Assembly (NCBI GenBank): GCA_964016885.1
Contig: OZ024743.1
Location: forward strand, 178,808,001-178,872,000
Reading direction: 5' to 3'
DNA: 64,000 nucleotides
Source: Eledone cirrhosa
Lineage: Eukaryota
Part shown: one piece after another, positions 50,884 through 62,406 of the stretch
Numbering within the stretch: the stretch's first letter is position 1
Layout of the letters: the number at the start of each line of letters is the position of its first letter
Made by a program: the position numbers and the translations under genes
The notes under the pieces: model-generated
The model's database searches: none
The model's input: only the letters and a program-made list of their open reading frames with translations
Told to the model about the DNA's origin: nothing

Positions 50884-51039
50884 TTATCTCCCCTGTTTGC
50901 TGAGATCAAAGTGAGTGAATTTGTCACTATTTTAAAACAATAGCTTACGGTCTTCAAAATGCTTTTAATTAAGCATAAAGTGTATTGCAAAATACATTAT
51001 ATATACATCCATATATATATTGCTGTTTCAGAGCTCCAA

Positions 51040-51090
<51 letters not shown>

Positions 51091-51401
51091 AGTTGACGGA
51101 CCCGGCGTATTTAACAATGCCAGGGCCGTAAATTAACAAAGAGAGGACAAGTGAACAAAAGAAAAAAAGGCAAAAAAAAAAAAAAATGATTTTAAAGGAA
51201 AACCCTAAAACAATATATTTTGAAAATAAAAATATAAAAATACATACGAAAGACACAGAAGTCCAGGTTCATATGCTGTTGCGATAACATTTGGCAGTTT
51301 CGATCCCTATCGACGGTACTGCTGATCCACACGGGATTACAGCGTCTGACACAAACCAAAGCGTTATTCAGTGGAGACAAAACAGTAACTTAGCTATAAT
51401 A

Positions 51402-51433
<32 letters not shown>

Positions 51434-51723
51434 ATTAAAACGTAAAGATGAAATTGCACAATACTATGTTTAAAGATTATTTAATCCGACAGAATGAATA
51501 ATTTTATAGTTGCTGCATCAAATTTATGCGGTTTCGATTGGTATAAGAATTTTATCAAATAGATATTGAATATTAAATATAAAAAAAAAATGTTTTTCAT
51601 GTATTCTGTGAGCATTTCGAATATATGTAAATTATGTGTTTAAATTTATGTTGTTTATGAAGGTGTGGTGGTGATGGTAGAGGTGGAATTCAGTAGATCA
51701 GGATTCAATTGAATTCACTTTAT

Positions 51724-51731
51724 ATGTGTGT

Positions 51732-51821
<90 letters not shown>

Positions 51822-51897
51822 GTGTGCGTGCGTGTGCGTGTGTATGTGTGTGTGTATGTGTATGTGTATGTGTGCGTGTGCGTGTGCGCGTGTGTGT
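51724..51897. repeat. (TG)n/(TGCG)/(TATGTG) microsatellite
   Basis: Direct reading. Confidence 0.95.
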
Positions 51898-52398
51898 TTA
51901 ATTGTGTTACTAAACTTCTTAATATATAGGTCATTATGTAAGCAGGACAATTTTGTAAGCAAAATAAATCACTCCACTTCGTATCCATCTTTATGGGATC
52001 ACATACGACGGAATATATGTATAATAATCAATATGAAAACAAGTTTTCCATAATACACTATATTAGATAATTTGTTTTTATGCCTCTTTTAGTAGTGTCA
52101 GCTGTTATGACGCAATGGTACCATTGCATTATTCTTGTTATGTGTGACACGACGTCTTCAGGCAGTCTATATTATGTAATGCAGATTGATGATATGGAAA
52201 CAGCCTGATGTTCGATGTTGCCAAATTAGGATTCTTGTTCTATGTGGGGACGGGAGCTTGAACTAGCAACAAGAAGTACGTAATGATATCATTGCATAAT
52301 AACAGCTAGCTGACACTGCAGAAATACGTATAGCAGAGAATTACCTAATAAAAAGAATTATGGAAACTTGTCTGCTTATACATTATTATTATTATTAT

Positions 52399-52595
52399 GG
52401 GCGGTGGATTGGCAGTAACGGTAGAGGGTCGGACGCCATTCTTTGACGCATAGAGTTACGGCTCTTGCCATTCTGAGTTCAAATCCCGCCGAGTTAACTT
52501 TGCCTTTCATCCTTTCGAGGTCGATAAAATAAAGTACCAGTAATACACTCGGTGATTGCTGGCCTTGTGCCAAAAGAAGAACAATTTTTTATTAT
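52399..52595 (+). mobile_element. tRNA-derived SINE family S, copy 5
   Basis: gggcggtggattggcagtaacggtagag...gagttcaaatcccgcc...ctttcatcctttcgaggtcgataaaataaagtaccag...ccttgtgccaaaagaagaac; preceded by (ATT)n. Confidence 0.9.
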
Positions 52596-52809
52596 GGGCG
52601 GTGAATTGGCAGTGTCGGTAGAGAGTCGGACGCCATGCTTTGCAGCATAGTTACATCTCTCTACGGTCTGAGTTCAAATCCCGCCGAGATTAACTTTGCC
52701 TTTCATCCTTACGGGGTCGATAAAATAAAGTACCATAATGTACTTGGTAATTGCTGGCCTTGTGCCAAAAGTAGAAACAATTATTATTATTATTATTATT
52801 ATTATTATA
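52596..52809 (+). mobile_element. tRNA-derived SINE family S, copy 6, with (ATT)n tail
   Basis: Head-to-tail with copy 5; tail attattatt at 52780-52809. Confidence 0.9.
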
Positions 52810-52952
52810 GTTGCATCTATCTTGCTTTATGTTCATACGAGTTATCACCAAGTCACAACCAGTGACCTCAAGAGACAACAAGGTCCGCTATGTTCAAGAA
52901 AGAACATACATACACACACATGCATCTTTAGGTGTTTAGACATGTGATGTAC

Positions 52953-53471
52953 TTATATTGACAGAATCTTCCTTAGTATATAGGCAGTTCCCATTAGTAC
53001 TATCTTTTGTATTTCTCCTATACGCGGGTTTCCTGGGATTTGCGATAAGTAATCATTAGACACCTTAGGTATCATTCCTAGAGCGCCTACAACCACTGGT
53101 ATTGTTTTAGTTCTCAATGTCCACATTTTCCCAATTTCTATCTCCAGGTCCTTATACTTGCTCAATTTTTCAAATGTTTTTATAGATACATTCTTGTCTA
53201 TTGGAACGGACATATCAATCAGCAGGCATACCCTCTTTTTAAAGTCCTTCAGTATTATATCAGTTCTATTTGCCTCTATTTTTCGGTCTGTTTGGATGCT
53301 AAAGTTCCACAAGATTGAGATGTGATCTTTTTCAAGTATGGGAGGTGGTTGATGCTCCAACCAATTCTTTTGATGGGTCAGGTCAAAATGCTTACACATT
53401 ATCCAATGTATGTATTGTGCAGCTCTGTCATAGCTGTTTAGGTATTCGGTTGGAGCTATAGGACTGCACAT
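52953..53471 (-). pseudogene. Restriction-like endonuclease C-terminus of R4/Dong element 1
   Basis: IHW..C, W..H.P, LWNF.IQTD..I.ANRTDI, LID.SVP.D, EK.SKY..L, IPVVVGALG. Confidence 0.88.
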
Positions 53472-53826
53472 AGAAATTATATGATCAATGGTCTCTGGGT
53501 TTTCTACACGGCATAATGGGTTGCATCCATTTTTTTATTATGTTGGCTTGGTAATTTTTTGTTGGCAGACACTGATCTTGTGCTGATATAATCAGTCTTC
53601 AGTCACCGATTTCAATCCAGAGGATGCCAACCACTGATGGGTTAAAGTTTTGTCAACATCAGGATTGTTAGCTCTCTCTGGGTATTTTCCATACAGAGGC
53701 TTTTCTTGCCATTTCTTAGCCAGTTTCTGTAGCAGTTCTTTCTTTGCAGTTACTTTTACCTGCTTTGCCTTTTCTGTGTTTTTCATTTCAGCAGTAAATG
53801 GAACTTCTGAGATTTGTAATCCATTA

Positions 53827-55208
53827 CTATATCTTTCTCAATCTTTTGCTGCTGTCGTGTTTCAAAACGAGTTTGATCATCCAATCATGTGATTCCCTTA
53901 GATATGTAGATAATCCAATTGTTGCAGTTTTCAACGCAATCTCTAACTGGATTAACCCACGTCCTCCTTCTTTCCTAGGGAGATATATTCTATCTGTATC
54001 TGCCTTAGGGTGATGCATTCTGTGCATGGTTAAGAATTTTCTAATTTTTGTATCGAGCCTTCGGATCTCTGTGCTTGACCAGTTGATGACATTGTAACTG
54101 TAGGTTACTACTAGTATGGCAAGCGTGTTTATGGCATCGATCCTATTCCTTGCATTCAATTTCGTTCTTAAGATTGCTCTTACGCTGCGGTAACATTCCT
54201 TCCTTATCTTTTCTCTCATTGTCGAGTGCTTGATTCCGTCTCCTTCACAAACACCTAGATATTTGTAAGTTTCCTCTTGTTCAAGTTCTCTTATCACATT
54301 CCCCCGATCAAGATTAATGTCTGAACTCTTCAGCAGCTTTCCTCTGGTGAACGTTGCTTTAGCGCATTTATCTAGTCCAAACTCCATTTTAATGTCATCA
54401 CTGAACTGCTTCACAGTGGATAATAGCCCTTGCAATTGTTCATCAGTTTTTGCAAATAGTTTCAGGTCATCCATGTAGAACAAGTGATTAATGGTTTTGT
54501 CATAGACTTTATATCCATATTTTGTTTCATTGAGCATTTTACTTAATGGTATAAGTGCGATGCAGAATAAAAGCGGTGATAAAGAGTCACCCTGAAAAAT
54601 TCCACAATTAATATTAATTTCTCCAGCTTCCAGTGATCTTTTTTTCACTATTCAAAAGGAGTGTCGTTTTCCATGTCTTCATACTGAATGACAAGAACCT
54701 CCTCACAACGAGAGATATTTTGAAAATCTCTAAACATTTTTCAATCCAACTGTGTGGCAAACTATCGAATGTTTTTTTTATAATCTATCCAAGCAATTGA
54801 TAGATTTTTGTGTGTATTATGACAATCTTCCAGTATCATTTTGTTAACCAAAAGCTGATCTTTACAGCCATATGAGCCTCGTTTACACCCTTTCTGCTCA
54901 ATGGGAAATAGGTCATTTGTTATCAGGTGGTCATATGTATATTCAGTTAGGACTGATGTTAAAATTGTATACATTGTTGTCAAGCAAGTTATTGGTCTGT
55001 AATTTTTTGGATTGTTTGTCTCATCATTATTCGGAAGCAGGGATGTAATGCCGTTAACTAGCCATGATGGTATCTTTTCTGGCTCCTTATCTATTGCATT
55101 GTAAAGTTGGGCTAACAGCTCATGAGACTCTGCGAAGGCATTTATCCAAAAATTTGGTATTTTGTCTTTTCCTGGGGATTTCCATTTGCTGTTTTTTCTA
55201 AGAACCAA
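53827..55208 (-). pseudogene. Reverse transcriptase domain of R4/Dong element 1 (frameshifted)
   Basis: ORF fragments 54762-55208 and 53827-54648 with the YMDD catalytic motif. Confidence 0.9.
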
Positions 55209-56340
55209 ACGTAACTGTTAAACTGTTATATTTTACCATGTTTGCTCCTCAAGGTGAGCTGTATCTTTGATTTGTCTGTCTATCCATGGGGCATGTATAT
55301 TATGAACCTTTTCTTCGGCCCAGATCTTTTCCCAGAATTCTTGCACTTCCTCCTTGGGTGGTATTGATTTAGCAGTTATTGTTGATTTGCCAATTTTTCT
55401 GTAGAAATTTATTTGGTTGTTTTTGAACATATTATTATCCTTATAGAATCTAGATCGTTTTTCAAAGCTCCTTATACGAGAGCTTTGGCCGACACTTTTT
55501 GCTTGATTATTTCTATCAGCATGCCTACGTCACTTGTTGGTTTTATACTGTATTTTCTTTTCAATTTTCTAAGTTTAGTTTGTTTAACATGTTCACCTAC
55601 TTTGTAGTTTGTTAACATTTCTATGTCAGATCGGAGAAGGTTTATTTGGCGATTGATGTTCTCTTGCCAAGTAGATTTCTTGTGGGAATTCCTTTGTTTT
55701 TTCATCTTCACTACACATTAGTGATTGATGACTTTAGCCGATGCATAATAGAGATTATTTAGATCAGTAATGTTTCGTTTGTTTGTGATGATAATGTATT
55801 TGAGAATTATGTTAGTTTTGTGTATTATCTTTTGGTTCTGTTTGGAGTTCTGGATGTTAGGGAGAGTGTCTCGTTCCCCCATGTCAGATTCTTTCATTTT
55901 CATCCATTCGATCATAATTTCATCCTTCGATTTGGCAACTTCATTCTCATTCATTTCTTTATCATTTATGATCTCATTGTTTTCATTTTGAGTTTCATTT
56001 TGAGCATGCACTCCCTCAACTTTTTCGATCCTTTCTTTAATTTGTACTGCTGTCAGTGATTCCGCTCCAACCCTGGGATTCGAAGTGTTACAATTTACCT
56101 CGTTTTCACTGACACAGTTTCATTTTCCCTTCGCTGACTTTGTGCTAATAGCTTGATCTGATCAATTTCAATATCAGTTAGTAACTTTTTTTTAACAATA
56201 TTTCTTTGTATATTGGCTAGTTTGTTACTGTCAACATAGCCTCTGTTTTCGGGATGTTTCTTTTTACAGTTGATATATGTCTGTTCTGTATTCGATCTAT
56301 TTGATGGGTAGTACATGGCAGTGTAGAAAGCCTCAGGGAC

Positions 56341-56828
56341 TTCTTTATCTGTCTGGTGGCCATGGCGAAAGAGATAGTATGGTGGATACCTTTGAAAGGG
56401 CTGAAGACGAGCACTAACCTCTTTGGTGATGCCCTGATTAACTTTTTCAAATTTCAGTTGAAAAGGAAAATCAAGGTAGAGAGGGAAGTGCTCTCTTCCC
56501 AGCATTTTGTTGAAAGATGGGTGAGAGAAGCAAGTATGACTCGAGTGGATGAGCCTACTCTGAGTATGTGTCTGTAAATTAAAGGTGGAAAACTGGGAGA
56601 GGGCACTTGCCCTGGTGGTCAGGGGCACTGTGGCCTTTTACTGGGCTTTCTCCACAAATGTCCCTCGGAAGTCTCCCTCCTATTGGGGAATTTTTCATTG
56701 TTATTTTTTTGTTAAATCCTCTGTTTTTGTTTTTTTTGCACGCAGAAATGCCCATTTGTACCGTCCTGTATTGTCCTGTACTGTCCTTAATGTCTACTTT
56801 ATGTAAACCTTTGAGGTTAATAAAGAAA

Positions 56829-56860
<32 letters not shown>
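56341..56860 (+). mobile_element. 5'-truncated L1/Tx1-like LINE 3' end with (ATT)n tail
   Basis: Frame FFICLVAMAKEIVWW...LINFFKFQLKRKIKVEREVLSSQHFVERW resembles Tx1-type ORF2 C-termini (K..IW..R...F...W). It is followed by a 3'UTR, aataaa and (ATT)n. Confidence 0.7.
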
Positions 56861-56861
56861 G

Positions 56862-59800
56862 TTGTTCTTTGATGTTAGTTAACTGGAAAGTTTGTTAAAA
56901 TGAATATCAAGCCACTACCTGCAACCTCAGATATTCAGGACGTATCGGAGGATTCTTGCTGTTCCCAGCACGTATGCCTTTTGAAGTGTTCCAAAAAGCG
57001 GCGCGGGGCCAATTTTCTTCAACCATCCCTGGAGACTTTTTGAGATAGTACCTAGTGCACCTAAGACAATCGGGACGACTCTGACTTCATGGCAGTTCCA
57101 AATCCTTTTTACCTCCCACTTTAAGTCCTGGTATCGATTAATTTTCTCCCTCTCCCTCTCTTGCACTCTCGTGTCGAATGGGCAGGCTACATCCACAACC
57201 AGGCACGATCGTTTTTCCTTGTCCAAAACCACCAGGTCAGGTCTATTGTGTTCCAGTTTCTTGTCCGTCTGTATCTTAAAATCCCACAGCACCTTCACCT
57301 GATCGTTTTCTATCACCGACTCTGGCTTATGCTCATACCACTTCTCAGAATGTGGTAAATTGTTTACTTTGCATAGGTGCCAGTGGATCATGCTGCCAAT
57401 CATATCATGCCTCAAGCCTTTATAGTGACTCTGGGCTAGGTGTTTACACTTGGATACAATGTGAGCCACAGTCTCCTCTCTCTCTCCACAGATCCTGCAC
57501 AGTGGGCTAGCCTCCTCCTTGTAAATATGGTGTTTCAACCACTTCGTTTTGAGGGCCTGCTCTTGCGCAGCCATTAGCATTCCTTCTGTAGCCTTTTTAA
57601 GGTCTCCTCTTTTCAACCAGTTCCATGTCTGTGGATCTCTGAATTCAGTTTTCTCAAAGAAGGTACTATGAAGGGATTTTTCATGAAGGTTGCACCTCCT
57701 CCTTGTTGTTATTTCCTCCTTGGACATCCCCTGGTCTATTGTCCTCTCCTTAAGTACAATTCTGAGCATTGGCTCCCTACTGTCAGTCACGTATTTGTGC
57801 AGGTTGTTTTTCTCCATCTGAACACAGTCCCCTATGCTGATAAGACCTCTTCCACCTTCAGATCTCTTGTGGAACATGTAGATAGTCAATAGCTTCCTAG
57901 TCTTCCTATCCATTTCTTTTTGTTCAGTAACATTCCATTTCAGAATTCCCGCACTGTACCTAATAATAGACAAAGCTCTGGAATTCACTGCACTTATGGC
58001 ATTCCTACTGTTCAGATGTGATTTTAATACGCTCCTTACTCTCCTAATGTACACAAATCTTATCGATTCTTTCATTTTTTTTGTTCTTGATATCATGTGC
58101 CTCCAGAACACGTTAATATTTGAATCCTTCCTCAGTGTCAATTTCCTTTATCCCCTCACCTGTTGGTACCTGGATTCCGTTGCTTCTGCTCAATTTACAT
58201 CTCTTCATCACTAGGACTCCACATTTATTAATACCAAATTGCACACATATATCATTGCTGAAAAATACGGCCAGTGTCAACAAATACATCCAACTCCTTC
58301 TCACTCTTCCCGAAGAGTTTAAGATCGTCCATGAAGAGGAGGTGGTTGATGGTAAGCTCTCCCTTTCCCAACTTGTATCCTGCTCTCACTTTTCGCAGTA
58401 TAATGGTCAGGGGCATCAGGGCAAGGACAAACAACAGGGGGGGGGGACAAACTATCTCCCTGGAAGATACCTCTCTTGATCTTCACGCCTCCCAAGGATT
58501 CTCCACCCGATGTTAACTCTGTTTTGCAGGACTTCATACTTTTGCTCAACCACTGTCTGATGTTATCTGCCACCTTGAAGATCTCTAGGCTTTTGGTTAT
58601 CCAAGAATGGGGTCCCATGTCGAATGCCTTTTTGTAATCTATCCATCCCATGGCAAGACCAGTGTGTCGCCTCTTGCAATTCCTCATTATCAATAAGTAA
58701 CTGGTCTTTTGTACCACGGGACTTCTTTCGGCATCCTTTCTGTTCGTCCGGTAACAAGTTGTTTATATGGAGGTGATGGTAGATTTCCTCAGACACAATG
58801 CTTGTAAAACAGTTTCCACATTACGGACAGACATGTGATAGGTCTATAGTTGGTAACATCATTACCCTTGATTCGGTCTTTCATTACCAGAACTGTGGTA
58901 CCTTTTGTCAACCACTCTGGTACCTCACCCGACATCAATCAGTCATTGAACATGGTTGTCAGTTTCGGGTGGTGTGATGTTATATTTTTTATCCAATACC
59001 CATGCACACCATCTGGGCCTGGTGATTTCCAGTTGGTTAGTTTTTTGGCCTGCCCTTTATTAGTTTCAACTGTGATACTCAAATCAGTTTGTTGGTGTGT
59101 TTGTTGGTGTGCTCCCATATTCCTCTCCAGAATGTCTTAGTCTGTTCCGCCACAGGGATCAAGTCGTTGCCTCATTCTTTCCCTTCAAGCTGTCCAAACA
59201 ACATCTTCTGGTTGTTGTCAAACATGCGGTTCTGTCTATACTGACTTACTCTGCTCTCATACCGCCTAATCTTTGCACTCTTTGCTACGATTCATTGCTT
59301 CAGTTCCTCTATGATGATATTTAGCTTTGTACTTTATTTTTGTACTTTATTTCCAATCTATTTTTAGTGTCTATGTTTTGTAGTATCCCATTCAGTAGGG
59401 ACTCAAGCTTTCCAACGGCATTTCTCAATTCCTTGATTTGACCATTCAGTCGTTTCTTCCACCAAGGTTCTGATCTTTCTTGTTTGTTGTTTCCTCTCGT
59501 TTTTATACCAAGTAATTTCCCCACCGCATTTGCTGTTGCTTTGAGGATATTGTTGCATTCCTCGCCTCAAGGTATGGGATGACTTTGTTTACCATAGCTG
59601 TTGTTTCTTTTAACTTTTTCCTGTCTACAAATCTTAGGTTCATAGGTTTCCCACTATCATTGTTCATTTCTTCTACCACTAAGTTTATGATATCAACCAA
59701 ATCTTGTCCTAGCCCGCCAGCATTCATTTCCACAATCTTTGTTCCAGATGTTATTTATTTCAGCATTCAGATCATTGTCTGCCTCGGATGCTTCCTCTGT

Positions 59801-60350
59801 TCTCTCAACCTCTTCACCTTCATTTCTCACTGGCTCGTTTGTCTGGCCTACTCCACTCCCCATTTCTAATCTAATCTCTCTGCTCAGTTCCTCCATTTCC
59901 AACTCGCTTATCCATCCATTAGTTCATATTACCCGAGCCTGCCCGGCCAATTTTTGTTCATCTAATTTAAATAGACCAATCTCGTTCCAGATGTTATGCA
60001 TCCGTTTCCTATAGCCTTTTTCCTTGGGGTTACTCTTCAGGTAACATTGCATAACAGTTCTTTTCAATTCTTTCGTCCAATTGGTTCTTGTCCCTTTCCT
60101 TCTTCTTCTTCCTCCAACACCAGCAGTATTTGGATGACAGCCAGGTCCCTGCTGCTGGGCCATGGGGCACTTGCTGGGTGAGAGTCTGTCACATGACGTT
60201 CCAGTCTCCTCTTCACCGTTATTCGAACTGTTTAGGTTCGACATTTAAACACTCATATCGAGGATTGGTGAATGTATGGTTACATAACCACCGGTGATTT
60301 CATCATCCCCAGTGATTTCATCACCCCCGGTGATTTTAGCGTGGCACCAT
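56862..60350 (-). mobile_element. Decayed near-full-length R4/Dong-type non-LTR retrotransposon 2 (different subfamily)
   Basis: ATG at 60244; RTNWTKE..VMQCY..SNP..KGYRKRM..IW; EPWWKKRL; EQKGCRK.SRGTKDQL; WIDYKKAFD; GIFQGDSLSP; LFMDDLKLF; CRICGEREETVAHIVSKC; RPDLVV..VVDVACP..EKINRY; stop at 56927. Confidence 0.93.
56927..58141 (-). pseudogene. RT thumb, CCHC finger and restriction-like endonuclease of R4/Dong element 2
   Basis: 404-aa open fragment with GGRGL, the CCHC knuckle and a PD..D..K nuclease motif. Confidence 0.9.
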
Positions 60351-61106
60351 CACGCTTTAGACGAACATAAATAAATAAACAAATAGATAGCTGAAAACTT
60401 AAAAAAATAAACATAAGTTTCATTGTAATGTTTGAATGTTTGACTTAGCTTTTTTTTTTTTCCTTTACGTTTTTCGTTTTTAAAGGCCAGTAACATGTTG
60501 TTGTTGCTGCTGCTGCTGTTTTTGATTTTAGCTACGTGGGAAGTAGGGGTTGTTGCGTTCAAAACTTTTGAAATTTGTTGTTGTTGTTGGATTTGTTTTT
60601 GTCTGTGTTCTGTTCTATAATCTTTCGACTTGTTGCTTATTATTATTATTATTATTATATTATAGTTTAGATTTGACATCGTTTAAACTAAACATTTTGA
60701 GAGAGTTTAGAGATACAACAACAATAATTATTTTGTTGTTGTTGTTAGCTGTTTAACCGGGTCACTAAATCAGTCTATTTATATCTTTTGATGCCTTCCT
60801 CGCTTCTATTCATCTCTAGTGACACTACCACCATCCCTCTCTTAACAGGAGGTAGTGAGGGAATACTGGTGGTAGCGATGATGCAGTGGTGGCGGTAGTG
60901 ATCGGATAATAGTACTATAGTGATGATGTTGCTGCAGCCTTTGGTTTGTATTTCGTTTGTGGTAGTGGTGATGGTGGCGGCGGTGGTGGTGTTGGTGGTG
61001 AAATTATTTGGCTGTTGTTTGTAACCATTTTCTTTTTTTTACTATAAAATTTCTGATACAAAATTAAATATTAAATATTGGAGCCCTATGCCATAATGTG
61101 ATGCGT

Positions 61107-61118
61107 CGTCACTTCCTG
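61107..61118 (-). promoter_or_regulatory. ETS/half-CRE composite motif (CAGGAAGTGACG), possible promoter element
   Basis: The plus strand reads cgtcacttcctg within a locally CpG-containing patch. Motif match only. Confidence 0.25.
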
Positions 61119-61228
61119 TTCCATTTGTAATAAGAATTATTCCATCACAATTGTTTTAAATATGTAAAAAATCAAAAACTTACGGGAGCGATTCCATAAC
61201 ACTCTATTCACCATGTGCGTACCTTCCC

Positions 61229-61265
<37 letters not shown>

Positions 61266-61460
61266 TTCAATTTTATTGTTTATATATATATATGTTTCTA
61301 TGTCCTTTTTTTCTTTTCTTATATAAATAATAAAAATATTTACTCGCACAAAACCCACATCGTACCGTCCTGTACCGTCCTGTGCCGTCTGTAATATTTT
61401 TCTTGATATCAGCCCTTGTGGCCAATAAAGAAATCATTATTATTATTATTATTATTATTA
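61266..61460 (+). mobile_element. Short Tx1-like LINE 3'UTR fragment flanked by (ATT)n
   Basis: gtaccgtcctgta...aataaagaaatcattattatt is shared with 56757-56860; (ATT)n is also upstream at 61229-61265. Confidence 0.65.
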
Positions 61461-62019
61461 TTTGAAACATCCTTTGTATTCTGCTTTTTCCCAAATCATG
61501 ACAAATATCAGCCTGAGGCAATATTTGATAATACACACATTTTACAACCAATTGTCATTCAAAAAATGATGTCATTATTATTATATAATACACACACATA
61601 CACACTTATATAATGCACACACACACATACATATATATATATATGAACATATGTATATATGCATATATCTATGTGTGTATGTATTTTAGGTATGTATGTA
61701 TATGTGGTAGGAGTATGTGGTGTGCTTATATACGTAAATATATTAAACATATGATATCTGATTGTGAATTGAGAATGATAATGTTTTCTTTATATAGGGA
61801 AAGATTAAAGTCAAAACATCTACAACAATCACATGATTCTACCGAAATCCATTTGCAACCCAAGTGTGATTAAGAGAGAGAAGCAAGTAAACTGCGACCT
61901 TAATAGAAAATCTCTGAAAGTATCTCATGTGATCTGATGATGTCTATTGAAATTTTAGTCAATTTTTCAACTACAAACATTTGGTCTCACACACTCACAT
62001 CTGTGCACTCTAATGCTTA

Positions 62020-62125
62020 CACACATACATACATACATACGTACGTATATATATATATATATATATATGGGTGTGAATGTGAGTGTGTCTGCCTACATGA
62101 AAACACACACTCACATATACACATA

Positions 62126-62157
<32 letters not shown>

Positions 62158-62184
62158 CATATATATATATATACACACACACAC

Positions 62185-62239
<55 letters not shown>

Positions 62240-62246
62240 CATATAA

Positions 62247-62277
<31 letters not shown>

Positions 62278-62307
62278 TATACATATATATATACATATAT
62301 ATATACA

Positions 62308-62402
<95 letters not shown>
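62020..62402. repeat. (TA)n/(CA)n/(TACA) compound microsatellite
   Basis: Direct reading. Confidence 0.95.

Positions 62403-62406
<4 letters not shown>

Larger units (their letters stand above)
50316..51046. mobile_element. Family D retrozyme-like palindromic insertion 2 (~1.55-mer tandem of a 316-bp unit plus an inverted arm)
   Basis: ggatgtatatataatg at 50317 and 50633 (period 316). The inverted arm spans 50838-51046. Three HHR motifs; (TA)n flanks. Confidence 0.87.
52810..56350 (-). mobile_element. Decayed R4/Dong-type non-LTR retrotransposon 1 (RT plus restriction-like endonuclease)
   Basis: Frameshifted fragments in canonical order: N-terminal [91 protein letters not shown], and RTDII..LIDMSVP..K..KY. 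Stop at 52953, then a ~140-bp 3'UTR. Confidence 0.92.

Noticed and set aside
50337-50990. Repeated 85-96 aa ORFs starting MQYTLCL
   Set aside because: They arise from the repeated and inverted family D unit, use TTG starts, run antisense to the HHR and show no recognisable domain.
60350-60679. 109-aa ORF starting MSNLN, like the R4 element 2 start
   Set aside because: Low-complexity (poly-I, Q, S, K) translation of simple repeats; the shared first residues look coincidental and it lies outside the element.
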